Positions 38,352-47,627 of a stretch of DNA of 64,000 nt are shown in pieces (position 1 is the stretch's first letter; each line of letters begins with the position of its first letter). Under the pieces are notes generated by a model. That model did not search any database. It was not told where the DNA came from and saw only the letters and a list, made by a program, of their open reading frames with translations. Source of the stretch: an uncultured Gammaproteobacteria bacterium (GTDB lineage: Bacteria > Patescibacteriota > Patescibacteriia > Magasanikbacterales > JBBTXJ01); NCBI GenBank assembly GCA_964610305.1, contig CAZSVL010000001.1, positions 108,781 through 172,780 on the forward strand, given 5' to 3'. The translations under genes were made by a program, and so were the position numbers.

Positions 38352-39113
38352 TTACAGGGGCTCAATCTTGCCGTTGAGCCTGATAATTCCCATATCAATA
38401 ACGGGAATATTTTGATTTTCTGCTTGCTCCACAAAGGCGCGTGCATCGCGCTGGTGGATCTGCAGCTCCTGCTGAGGATCTGCATGAAGCCCCGGCTCGT
38501 AAGCATCACAGTCTTCATGTTGAAACAGTCTTACACCCAAGCCGCGCTCCGCAGCCCAAGCAAAGAACTGCCGACCAGCCTCTGTTCCAACAAGCGCCTT
38601 TGCAGCGCCCGGGACAACAAAGCTGTATGAGTCTGGGTTACGGTACTCAGTTCTGATCATTTCAAAAGGCGTGCGGTAGTCGCAGCAGCATACCGTCACG
38701 GTATTCCAATCATCAGGTGGGCTGCTCTCTGGGTTTCCTTCTCTTACAAAAAGGTTATGAGACAAGCTGGTACGGCGATCATCCTTTCTAAGCAAATCAA
38801 TAATGACAGATGCTGCTTCAATACATGCCAGGCCATCATCGTCAATGAGCGTAACGTGCGTGGGATTATGCAAGGTAAGAAGTGTGGTAATAAAACCAAG
38901 CATTTCTTTGGTGAGCGCATCATTTTCCGCACCGTTGATCACCGCAATAGGTCGCGGGATCCGCAGCACATCGGCCTTTCCTTCTTCTAGATACCTTTCA
39001 ATCACCCGGTTTGCCTGCGGATGAGATGGAGCAATGATTAAACGAGCAATGGACGTTTCTGTCACGCTTCCCTCCTCTGGTGAGCGGCGCGGCGTAGTAT
39101 ACGCATTTGTCAT
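38352..39113 (-). CDS. hypothetical protein (weak LmbE/PIG-L-like resemblance)
   Basis: 253-aa ORF; SHPQAN and HNPTH segments faintly recall the HPDDE/HxDH motifs of LmbE-like deacetylases but are not conserved; CCCDYR and HEDCD cysteine-containing segments. Confidence 0.45.
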   Translation of the reverse strand: MTNAYTTPRRSPEEGSVTETSIARLIIAPSHPQANRVIERYLEEGKADVLRIPRPIAVINGAENDALTKEMLGFITTLLTLHNPTHVTLIDDDGLACIEAASVIIDLLRKDDRRTSLSHNLFVREGNPESSPPDDWNTVTVCCCDYRTPFEMIRTEYRNPDSYSFVVPGAAKALVGTEAGRQFFAWAAERGLGVRLFQHEDCDAYEPGLHADPQQELQIHQRDARAFVEQAENQNIPVIDMGIIRLNGKIEPL

Positions 39114-39174
39114 CCATTTGTCAAGCTATCTTTACTAATCTTTTTGAGATTGAAGCGGCGTTTCCTTTTTAGAC

Positions 39175-39203
39175 TTGACAAAAAGGCTTTTTTGTGCTAT
39201 AGT
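39175..39203 (+). promoter_or_regulatory. sigma70 promoter TTGACA-17-TATAGT with TGTGC extension
   Basis: ttgaca 39175-39180, spacer 17, tatagt 39198-39203; SD aaaggagg 39211-39218; ATG 39225. Confidence 0.65.
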
Positions 39204-39224
39204 TTTCTTAAAAGGAGGCACATA

Positions 39225-39677
39225 ATGCCACAAAAAAAAGGATCCGAGGCTTTTCGTAGGCACGTATCTCTGGTGGTGGTTGCTGTTGCGGCAACGATAG
39301 CAAGCATTGCAAGCGCTCTTTCTGCCAATACTGACGCTTTGAACAGCAGCGAGATTCTGCTGGCTCACTTTAGTGCTGGAGCCTTTGGAATCTTGGCGGC
39401 TATCGCGTTTGTGTTGCTTTGGGCAAAGGTGTATCAGCACAAGGGAAGAGATTTTAGCGCCAATATGATCATAGCTCTTTTGGGCTCGCCGCTGCTTGCC
39501 TTTCTGAGTTGGTTTTCTTTGCAGACGAGTCTCAATTCTGTGGGAGTAGCATCTTCCTGGGTTGGTTTGATCTGCGCTGCTTTCGGCTTTTTTACTGCCC
39601 TGATCGTCATGATTGGCTACAACTTTTCACCAAAGTTTCGCCTTGAAGTTGAGGGCATCCTCAAGCTAAAAGAGTAA
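39225..39677 (+). CDS. hypothetical membrane protein (150 aa)
   Basis: ORF-track 39144, but the promoter and SD position the start at ATG 39225 (MPQKKGSEAF...); four hydrophobic segments. Confidence 0.55.
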   Translation: MPQKKGSEAFRRHVSLVVVAVAATIASIASALSANTDALNSSEILLAHFSAGAFGILAAIAFVLLWAKVYQHKGRDFSANMIIALLGSPLLAFLSWFSLQTSLNSVGVASSWVGLICAAFGFFTALIVMIGYNFSPKFRLEVEGILKLKE

Positions 39678-39695
39678 AAGGAATAATATTCAAAT

Positions 39696-39754
39696 CTGTC
39701 GACTTGATCGGCAGTTTTTTTATCAAAAAAGCCCCTTGGAAGGGCTTTTATTTT
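39696..39754. terminator. two adjacent intrinsic terminators; the second is bidirectional and also serves atpC
   Basis: hairpin ctgtcg...cggcag (39696-39714) plus T7; then A6, hairpin gcccc-ttggaa-gggc (39731-39745) and TTTTATTTT. Confidence 0.6.
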
Positions 39755-40173
39755 CTATATTTTTTTGCGATTCTGATTCTGGACATGGCGCGTTCTAGTT
39801 GTGCTTGGAGTGCAGCGAATTCTACATCGTCCTCAAACTTCTTTTCTTTTATGTATTCTTCTGCTCGTTTGCGGGCTTCTTCTGCTCGCTCAAGATCAAT
39901 ATCTTCTGCTCGTTCTGCAGCATCTGCTAAAATCTGAACTTTACTCCCTTGCTGCACCTCTAAAAAGCCGCCGGTTACTATCATGGGAAATTCTGCGCCG
40001 TCCTTTTTTACGCGCATTTCTCCTGGTTGCAAGACAGATACCAATGGAATGTGGTTTTGAAGAATGGAAATTTCTCCTGATTGCGTCATCAGGGTGATCT
40101 CTTCTACTTCTGAGTCGTAAACAACGCGCTCAGGGGTTACCATTTTTAGTTGAATCATATGTTTTGTAGGCAT
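39748..40173 (-). CDS. atpC: F1Fo ATP synthase epsilon subunit
   Basis: beta-sandwich N-terminal domain (VTPERVVYDSEV...ISILQNHIPL) plus C-terminal helical hairpin. Confidence 0.9.
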   Translation of the reverse strand: MPTKHMIQLKMVTPERVVYDSEVEEITLMTQSGEISILQNHIPLVSVLQPGEMRVKKDGAEFPMIVTGGFLEVQQGSKVQILADAAERAEDIDLERAEEARKRAEEYIKEKKFEDDVEFAALQAQLERAMSRIRIAKKYRK

Positions 40174-40340
40174 TAGGCATCAGGCCTCAGGCATTAGTGA
40201 GGTGTCCACTTGTCATACTGAACTTGATTCAGAAACTATGAAGAAACAAAGTACGTCTTGCTGTTATAGTGGATCCTGAATCAAGTTCAGGATGACGCTA
40301 ACTGGGTACTAGTGCCTACTGCCTGATGCCTAATGCCTAT
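40169..40340. repeat. composite palindromic element filling the atpD-atpC intergenic region (outer inverted repeats plus 85-nt GTCATACTGAAC...GTTCAGGATGAC unit)
   Basis: outer arms ggcattaggcatcaggcctcaggcattag (40169-40197) and ctagtgcctactgcctgatgcctaatgcc (about 40309-40338); inner unit 40212-40296 shares the 21-nt ctgaatcaagttcaggatgac with 26317-26337. Confidence 0.7.
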
Positions 40341-40343
40341 AAC

Positions 40344-41805
<1,462 letters not shown>

Positions 41806-41813
41806 GGTGTTAT

Positions 41814-42716
41814 TTACGCCAATGCTGCGGCTCCGCCTGCGATCTCTGCAATTTCTTGCGTTATGGCGGCTTGACGCGCTTGGTTATAGGTTAAGGTTAA
41901 CTCATCTACGATATCATCGGCCGCATCGCTGGCGGATCTCATGGCCATCATGCGTGCGCTGTGCTCAGAGGCAATTGCCTCTAGTATGGCCTGAAAGACC
42001 GTAGTTTCAAAAAATCGTGGGAGCAATTGGGTGTATACCTGCTCTGGACTGGGTTCAAATAGGTACTCGCTGTCCTGATCTTGTCGGGGTCCTTCGTCGC
42101 TGCGCTCCTCAGGATGACGGGTTGGAAGCAGATTGGAAAATGGTAGAACTGTTTTGAGGATGGGCTTTTGAACGAGCGGTGACTGAAATTCTGTATAGAG
42201 CAGAGTTACTTTGTCTACTTTTTCGTTCTTAAATTCGTCCAGACATATTTGCCCCACGGGTTGGATCTGCAAATAGTCAATTACTTCTGTGATGTCCTCA
42301 AAGTTTGCGATGAGATCTAGCCCTTGTTTTGCCAGCGGACCTCTCCCTTTTTTTCCGACGGCTACAATTTTAACATCAACTCCGGCATCTTTGCGTTCTT
42401 TTGTATATCTAAGAGCTTCCCGAACAATGTTTGCATTCAAACCTCCACAAAGTCCTCTGTCCGAAGTCACTACTACTAATAGTTCTGTTTTATCTTGCAA
42501 AGGTTCACGCAGCAGCGGGTGCAGTGAACTCTCTGCCTTTTTAGCCAAACGAGCCAAAATACTCTGAGCGCTATCGCTGTAGCTTCTAGAATTCACAGCA
42601 GCCTCTGTGGCCTTTCGCATTTTACTGGCAGCAACAAGCTCCATCGCTTTGGTAATTTTTCGCGTGGATGCCACGGATTTGATCCGAGTACGTATAATTT
42701 TGGTTGAAGCTGGCAT
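41814..42716 (-). CDS. atpG: F1Fo ATP synthase gamma subunit
   Basis: 300 aa; gamma-subunit N- and C-terminal helices (MPASTKIIRTRIKSV...; ...QEIAEIAGGAAAL). Confidence 0.9.
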   Translation of the reverse strand: MPASTKIIRTRIKSVASTRKITKAMELVAASKMRKATEAAVNSRSYSDSAQSILARLAKKAESSLHPLLREPLQDKTELLVVVTSDRGLCGGLNANIVREALRYTKERKDAGVDVKIVAVGKKGRGPLAKQGLDLIANFEDITEVIDYLQIQPVGQICLDEFKNEKVDKVTLLYTEFQSPLVQKPILKTVLPFSNLLPTRHPEERSDEGPRQDQDSEYLFEPSPEQVYTQLLPRFFETTVFQAILEAIASEHSARMMAMRSASDAADDIVDELTLTYNQARQAAITQEIAEIAGGAAALA

Positions 42717-42759
42717 GTTTGTCTATTTACTATGTTTTGTTTTAACAGCCTATTCGGGC

Positions 42760-42788
42760 TTGACAGTAGAGTTGCTTTTTGCTATTGT
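42760..42788 (+). promoter_or_regulatory. sigma70 promoter TTGACA-17-TATTGT with TGC extension (opposite to the atp operon)
   Basis: ttgaca 42760-42765, spacer 17, tattgt 42783-42788; SD aaggagga 42801-42808; ATG 42813. Confidence 0.55.
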
Positions 42789-42812
42789 TTTTTTATAGCC
42801 AAGGAGGAGTGT

Positions 42813-43046
42813 ATGGATGCTGCACAGCAAGCTCACCATGCTCGTGTAATTGAGCCACGCAAGCGTGCTGGTACTAAGCGCAGACGCGAGATTTTCTATG
42901 CTACATTTAGGTTTCTGCTGGGCGTTATCTGCTTTGTTTTAGCTCTTACGCTTGTGACAAGAGAAAACACTCTACAAGAGGTCAGCACTTTTTCGGGAGT
43001 TTCGCTCCTGATTCTGTTTTATCTTACTGCAACTAAGAGAGCCTGA
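42813..43046 (+). CDS. small membrane protein (77 aa) with basic N-terminus
   Basis: strong SD plus ATG; MDAAQQAHHARVIEPRKRAGTKRRREIF then two hydrophobic segments; followed by a terminator. Confidence 0.5.
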   Translation: MDAAQQAHHARVIEPRKRAGTKRRREIFYATFRFLLGVICFVLALTLVTRENTLQEVSTFSGVSLLILFYLTATKRA

Positions 43047-43052
43047 TCTGTG

Positions 43053-43084
43053 ACCGCTTTTGATTAAAAGCGGTTTTTATTTTG
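43053..43084 (+). terminator. intrinsic terminator
   Basis: hairpin accgctttt-gatt-aaaagcggt (43053-43074) plus TTTTTATTTT. Confidence 0.65.
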
Positions 43085-43125
43085 GCAGACTAGCTAACGG
43101 GCTAATCAAGTTGATGATTCGCACA

Positions 43126-43154
43126 TTGACAAGTTGACCAAATACTGCTATGCT
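43126..43154 (+). promoter_or_regulatory. sigma70 promoter TTGACA-17-TATGCT with TGC extension
   Basis: ttgaca 43126-43131, spacer 17, tatgct 43149-43154; SD aaaggag 43169-43175; ATG 43182. Confidence 0.55.
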
Positions 43155-43181
43155 CGGTTTAGATCGTCAAAGGAGAAGATC

Positions 43182-43406
43182 ATGAAAGTAAGTAAGCTGC
43201 CTATTGTACTGCTGCTGTTTGGTTTCACGGCCTATCTTGTAGACATGCTCTACGCGCATATTCCCGCCAACGTTAGTGATTTTATTCTTTCTACCTTCCC
43301 GGTGACCGCCTTTGTGCTAACTATGCTGTGCATTGCTACGCTGCTGTCGGTGTTTGTTAAAGGAACAAAACCGTGGAGAGAGAATTCAGACCGTAACTCT
43401 GTTTAA
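43182..43406 (+). CDS. small membrane protein (74 aa)
   Basis: MKVSKLPIVLLLFGFTAYLV... two TM segments; own promoter and SD; T-run hairpin downstream. Confidence 0.5.
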   Translation: MKVSKLPIVLLLFGFTAYLVDMLYAHIPANVSDFILSTFPVTAFVLTMLCIATLLSVFVKGTKPWRENSDRNSV

Positions 43407-43425
43407 CGAGTGCGGTTTTTTTATT

Positions 43426-43496
43426 GTCATCGCGAGGAGTGAAGCAACGTGGCGATCCCGTCGGGATTGCTTCGCAGTTTCACTGCTCGCAATGAC
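43426..43496. repeat. 71-nt hairpin repeat, copy 2 (GTCATCGCGAGGAGTGAAGC...CACTGCTCGCAATGAC)
   Basis: see 41735-41805; lies between the small ORFs and the atpA stop. Confidence 0.7.
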
Positions 43497-43504
43497 GTCT
43501 TGTT

Positions 43505-44998
43505 TTATAGCTTCTTGAAATCTTCAACCGCCTGTTTGATACTACTTTCCACATCATCAGTGAGCTCACTTTTTTCTAAGATGGTATCCAGCAGTGTCTT
43601 GTGTGAGCTCTCTAAATACGCGTGGAACTTTTCTTCCCACTCCCCCACCTCTTTTACATCAACCTCATCCAAAAATCCGTTGGTCACTGCATACAAAATA
43701 CAGACCTGGTGCGCAACGTCCATGGTGTCGTACTGTTTTTGCTTGAGCACTTCTACGGTTCTTCTTCCGCGCTCAATTTGCTGTTTGGTGTCTGCGTCTA
43801 GATCTGATGCAAACTGGGCGAATGCTTCTAGTTCTCTGAATTGTGCGAGTTGCAAGCGTAATTTTCCAGCAACCTTTTTCATTATTTTGGTTTGTGCAGA
43901 TCCTCCCACACGAGAAACAGAAAGGCCCACGTTTAGTGCGGGTCTGATTCCACGGTAGAACAGATCTGTCTCCAGATAGATCTGACCGTCCGTAATAGAG
44001 ATAACGTTTGTTGGGATGTATGCGCTTACGTCTCCGGCTTGCGTTTCAATAATAGGAAGCGCGGTGATAGATCCTCCGCCGGCTTTTTCGTTGAGTTTTG
44101 CTGATCGCTCTAGAAGGCGTGAGTGGAGATAGAAAACATCACCTGGATATGCCTCTCGTCCCGGTGGGCGTTTCAAGAGCAATGAAATTTCTCTGTATGC
44201 CCATGCTTGTTTGCTCAGGTCATCATACACAATCAAAACGTCTTTTCCTTGATCCATGAAGTACTCTGCCATGGCAACACCAGAATATGGCGCTATAAAA
44301 CTCATAGCAGCCGGATCAGAAGCGCCGGCTACCACCACGGTGGTGTATTCCATGGCGCCCTCTTCTTCTAGCTTTGCCACAATGCGCGCTACTTTAGATT
44401 CCTTTTGACCAATAGCAACATAAACGCAGAGCATGTCCTGCCCTTTTTGGTTTATGATGGTATCAATGGCAACGGCGGTTTTACCGGTTTGTCGGTCTCC
44501 AATAATAAGCTCACGCTGCCCTCTTCCAATAGGGATCATGGCATCAATAGCTTTGATTCCGGTTTGCACGGGCTGGTTCACGCTTTTTCTTTTCATCACA
44601 CCTGGCGCAATTTTTTCTACGGGGTAAAATTTTGTTTCCTTAATTTTTGCTTTTCCATCAATGGCTTCTCCCAATGGATTAACCACACGTCCAATAAGAT
44701 CCTCTCCCACAGGTACGGACAAAATGCGACCGGTTCTCTTGGCGGTGTCCCCTTCTTTAATACCAGAGGTATCTCCAAAGAGCACCACACCAACGGTTTC
44801 TTCCTCCAGGTTAAGCGCAACGCCATACTCCCCTCCCGGGAATTCAATCATCTCTGACATTTGCGCTTTAGTAAGACCATTACACGTTGCAATACCGTCT
44901 CCAACGCTAACAACCGTGCCAATTTCTGCCACTTCTATCTCTTTTTTGTAACCTTCAATTTGTTTTTGGAGATGCTCCAGGATTGCTTGCGTTTGCAT
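43505..44998 (-). CDS. atpA: F1Fo ATP synthase alpha subunit
   Basis: GDRQTGKTA Walker A; 497 aa. Confidence 0.97.
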   Translation of the reverse strand: MQTQAILEHLQKQIEGYKKEIEVAEIGTVVSVGDGIATCNGLTKAQMSEMIEFPGGEYGVALNLEEETVGVVLFGDTSGIKEGDTAKRTGRILSVPVGEDLIGRVVNPLGEAIDGKAKIKETKFYPVEKIAPGVMKRKSVNQPVQTGIKAIDAMIPIGRGQRELIIGDRQTGKTAVAIDTIINQKGQDMLCVYVAIGQKESKVARIVAKLEEEGAMEYTTVVVAGASDPAAMSFIAPYSGVAMAEYFMDQGKDVLIVYDDLSKQAWAYREISLLLKRPPGREAYPGDVFYLHSRLLERSAKLNEKAGGGSITALPIIETQAGDVSAYIPTNVISITDGQIYLETDLFYRGIRPALNVGLSVSRVGGSAQTKIMKKVAGKLRLQLAQFRELEAFAQFASDLDADTKQQIERGRRTVEVLKQKQYDTMDVAHQVCILYAVTNGFLDEVDVKEVGEWEEKFHAYLESSHKTLLDTILEKSELTDDVESSIKQAVEDFKKL

Positions 44999-45000
44999 AT

Positions 45001-45396
45001 TTATAGGGTGCTAAGCTGCTTTTCTAGTTTGTTTAATTGTGTTTTTAAGCTGATATCGTAAATGGTGTCTTCTGTCTTTGCCACTACTCCGCCAATAAGC
45101 TTTTTGCTTATGGTGCTGGTAACAACAGGCTTTTTGATATCTAATTTTTCTAAAATGCTCCTTACTACTTCATCGTCAAGATCAAAAGCAGACTCTACGG
45201 TTACTCTTTGTTTTCCTTCCTTTTGGAGCTCTACGTCTAGCAGTGCCTGCTCAATTTTTTTTGCGCGATGAATGAGCGAGTTTTGCCCCAGATAATTTAC
45301 AAAGACCGCAATTCTTTCCTCAAGCTCATTTCCCTTTTGCGCGCCCTGGCAGAGTTGCCAAAGAACGCTTGCTAGTTGTTTATCGGAAACCTTCAT
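45001..45396 (-). CDS. atpH: F1Fo ATP synthase delta (OSCP) subunit
   Basis: 131-aa helical protein positioned between atpF and atpA; short delta-like. Confidence 0.8.
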   Translation of the reverse strand: MKVSDKQLASVLWQLCQGAQKGNELEERIAVFVNYLGQNSLIHRAKKIEQALLDVELQKEGKQRVTVESAFDLDDEVVRSILEKLDIKKPVVTSTISKKLIGGVVAKTEDTIYDISLKTQLNKLEKQLSTL

Positions 45397-45980
45397 TTTT
45401 CAAGGACATCTTTAACCGCCTTTTCACTCTTGCTGGCGTCCATTTCTTGTTCCAGAAGCTTTGCTGTTGCGGTTGCTACAAGCTGCGCTGCATGGCTTGC
45501 GATATCTTGCTGAGCTTCTGCTTTTTGCGTCTCTATCTGTTTTTTTGCGCCTGCTACAAGCGCTGCAATTTCTTGCTGCGTTTTCTCTCTTTGCAGTGCC
45601 GCTTGTTTTTCTGCTTGCTGCGATGATTCTGCCATAAGAGCTGCGGCTTGCTGCTTTGCTTCTGTCATTTTTTTATCATAATCCTGCTCTGCTGCTGCAA
45701 GGCGTGTTTGCATTTCCTGGGCATTGTCTATCCCCTCTTGGATTTTTGCCTGACGCTCATTCATTATTTTTAGAAGCGGCTTGTAAGCCATCTTCCATAG
45801 AATTAGCAGGATCAGAGAAAAATTAAAAAGCTGCGCTAAAAACAGCTTTTTGTTTATACCAAGAGAACCGAGTGGTCCCGCTGTGGGCTCGGCGGTGTGC
45901 GCTACTTCTGCTGCGCCTACGGCAGCGTCGGCAACTACGTGCGCAGCCTCCGTGGCTGCATGTGCGATTTCTATAAACAT
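45393..45980 (-). CDS. atpF: F1Fo ATP synthase b subunit
   Basis: single N-terminal TM then a long Ala/Gln/Glu-rich helix; the ORF-track N-terminal extension (to 46079) is translation of the 14-mer tandem repeat, and the true start is MFIEIA (cat 45978-45980). Confidence 0.8.
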   Translation of the reverse strand: MFIEIAHAATEAAHVVADAAVGAAEVAHTAEPTAGPLGSLGINKKLFLAQLFNFSLILLILWKMAYKPLLKIMNERQAKIQEGIDNAQEMQTRLAAAEQDYDKKMTEAKQQAAALMAESSQQAEKQAALQREKTQQEIAALVAGAKKQIETQKAEAQQDIASHAAQLVATATAKLLEQEMDASKSEKAVKDVLEK

Positions 45981-45986
45981 TTGGCA

Positions 45987-46118
45987 ATAAGTAACAAGTA
46001 GCAAGTCAATAAGTAACAAGTAGCAAGTAACAAGTAGCAAGTAACAAGTAGCAAGTAACAAACTTGTTAATACGCACACTGCGAAATTGCTACTTGTTCC
46101 TTGTTACTTGCTACTTTC
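45987..46118. repeat. tandem 14-nt repeats (GTAACAAGTAGCAA, about 5 copies) followed by their inverted copy, forming a long imperfect hairpin in the atpE-atpF spacer
   Basis: gtaacaagtagcaa repeated 45991-46060; inverted ttgctacttgttccttgttacttgctac at 46088-46115. Confidence 0.7.
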
Positions 46119-46206
46119 TAAGGACAGCCGCAAAATCCAGCTCGTTAACAAGTGTCAGCGGACCCCTTGCACAAACTGGATACTGCGGCCATCCGCAGCT
46201 TTATCT

Positions 46207-46425
46207 TTAGAGGGTGAAAACAACCACCAAAGCGTAAATGGCGATAGCCTCAGCAAATGCTGCGCCCAAAAGCATGGGTACAAACAATTTTCCGGCCGCC
46301 TCTGGGTTTCGCCCAATGGCTTCCATAGCTTTTGCTACAAGCCATCCAATGGCAAGAGCTGGCGCTAGACCTCCAATGGCCATAGTAAGACCCTTGGTAA
46401 GAACTTTAATTGATTCTGCGTCCAT
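46207..46425 (-). CDS. atpE: F1Fo ATP synthase c subunit
   Basis: 72-aa two-helix hairpin with GRNPE loop and the carboxylate-helix motif [13 protein letters not shown]. Confidence 0.95.
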   Translation of the reverse strand: MDAESIKVLTKGLTMAIGGLAPALAIGWLVAKAMEAIGRNPEAAGKLFVPMLLGAAFAEAIAIYALVVVFTL

Positions 46426-46437
46426 ATATTCTTATTA

Positions 46438-46510
46438 AGTAACAAGTAGCAAGGAACAAGTAACAATTTTTCGCGCTTTTTTTGTTACTTGCTGCTTGTT
46501 ACTTGCTGCT
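46438..46510. repeat. second copy of the GTAACAAGTAGCAA-based hairpin (atpB-atpE spacer)
   Basis: gtaacaagtagcaaggaacaagtaac ... gttacttgctgcttgttacttgctgc inverted arms around a T-rich loop. Confidence 0.65.
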
Positions 46511-46514
46511 TAAC

Positions 46515-47306
46515 CTAATGTGGCTCGCTGGTGGCCACTTGCAAATAAACCAGCGTTAACATAGCAAATACTGTAGCTTGAATCAAGCCAACAATTATCT
46601 CTAGCAGCATAAACGGCGTTGGCACCAGCACTGCAATGAGGCCGGCCATCACGGTCAAAAGCACTTCTCCGGCAAAGATATTGCCAAAGAGACGCAATGA
46701 AAGTGACACCATTTTAGCAATTTCAGAGATAATTTCCAAGAGTCCAACAAAAAACTCAATTATGGCAGTCATAATTGCCATGGGACCTTTTTTTATACTC
46801 TTAAACACACTGCCCAGCTGAATAAATTTGCCAACATGTTTAAAGAACCCAATGGCAACTATCCCAAACACGTGCGATCCTATCACAGCTAGTATGGCCA
46901 TGGCAAGGGTCATGTTTAAATCTGAGTTTGCCGGCCTAAAAAGCGGGATGAGCTCTACACTTCCGTGATGCATTTGCCATTGGCCGATTGAGCCAATGCC
47001 CGGCAGGATTCCCATCCAGTTTGAAACGGCAATAAAAAGGAAAAGCGTTCCTACCAACGGCAAAAAACGCTCAGATTTTGCTCTATCATGCGTAACTTGA
47101 TCAAAAAAGCCTAGCATAAACTCTAAAATTGCTTCTGCAACGTTCTGAAGACCTTCTGGTACCATTTGTACACGCCTCTTTATCATAAAGGCAACAACAG
47201 CAAAGAAAACAAGAGCCACCCATGTGTTGATGATGGCATTGGTCACGGTGAATGATCCAATATTAAAGATTGGTTCTGCTGCTAGGGGTGGAAGTAATAA
47301 TAACAT
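46515..47306 (-). CDS. atpB: F1Fo ATP synthase a subunit
   Basis: 263-aa polytopic protein with the conserved Arg-containing helix (LSLRLFGNIFAGE). Confidence 0.9.
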   Translation of the reverse strand: MLLLLPPLAAEPIFNIGSFTVTNAIINTWVALVFFAVVAFMIKRRVQMVPEGLQNVAEAILEFMLGFFDQVTHDRAKSERFLPLVGTLFLFIAVSNWMGILPGIGSIGQWQMHHGSVELIPLFRPANSDLNMTLAMAILAVIGSHVFGIVAIGFFKHVGKFIQLGSVFKSIKKGPMAIMTAIIEFFVGLLEIISEIAKMVSLSLRLFGNIFAGEVLLTVMAGLIAVLVPTPFMLLEIIVGLIQATVFAMLTLVYLQVATSEPH

Positions 47307-47307
47307 G

Positions 47308-47568
47308 CTATAAATCTTGGTACTCTTTTCCGTATTTTACCGATTTTTTGTAGATAATTTTGGCCGAAATAAGCGCCGCCAGTACAAAACCAGCCACTGT
47401 TAGCTTATACCCGCTCTGAAAATATAAGTCAAGCCTTTTTCCAGCGTAGGCAAGTATTACAACGGGCGCCGCAATGGTAAAAAGATAGTCCCCGGTGATC
47501 CTCAGAGCAAAAAGCCAGTAGCGGCTATCAGATTTTTTCTCTTTATTAAGCTGTTTTTGCTCTTCCAT
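47308..47568 (-). CDS. ATP synthase protein I / AtpZ-like small membrane protein
   Basis: 86 aa, two TM segments, first gene of the atp operon. Confidence 0.65.
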   Translation of the reverse strand: MEEQKQLNKEKKSDSRYWLFALRITGDYLFTIAAPVVILAYAGKRLDLYFQSGYKLTVAGFVLAALISAKIIYKKSVKYGKEYQDL

Positions 47569-47627
47569 ATTAAAAAGACGCAGCTATTATAGCTGGCATC
47601 TCTTAATTTATCAAGGGGATAAAAAAC

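Noticed and set aside
45981-46079. N-terminal extension of atpF (MCVLTSLLLATCYLLLVTCYLLL...)
   Set aside because: It is the translation of the 14-nt tandem repeat. The b-subunit sequence begins at MFIEIA (45978-45980).
45987-46510. Possible CRISPR array (short direct repeats near atpE)
   Set aside because: The repeat unit is only 14 nt and copies are directly abutting with no spacers. An inverted copy follows (a hairpin, not an array), and there are no cas genes. Classified as tandem-repeat hairpin cassettes.
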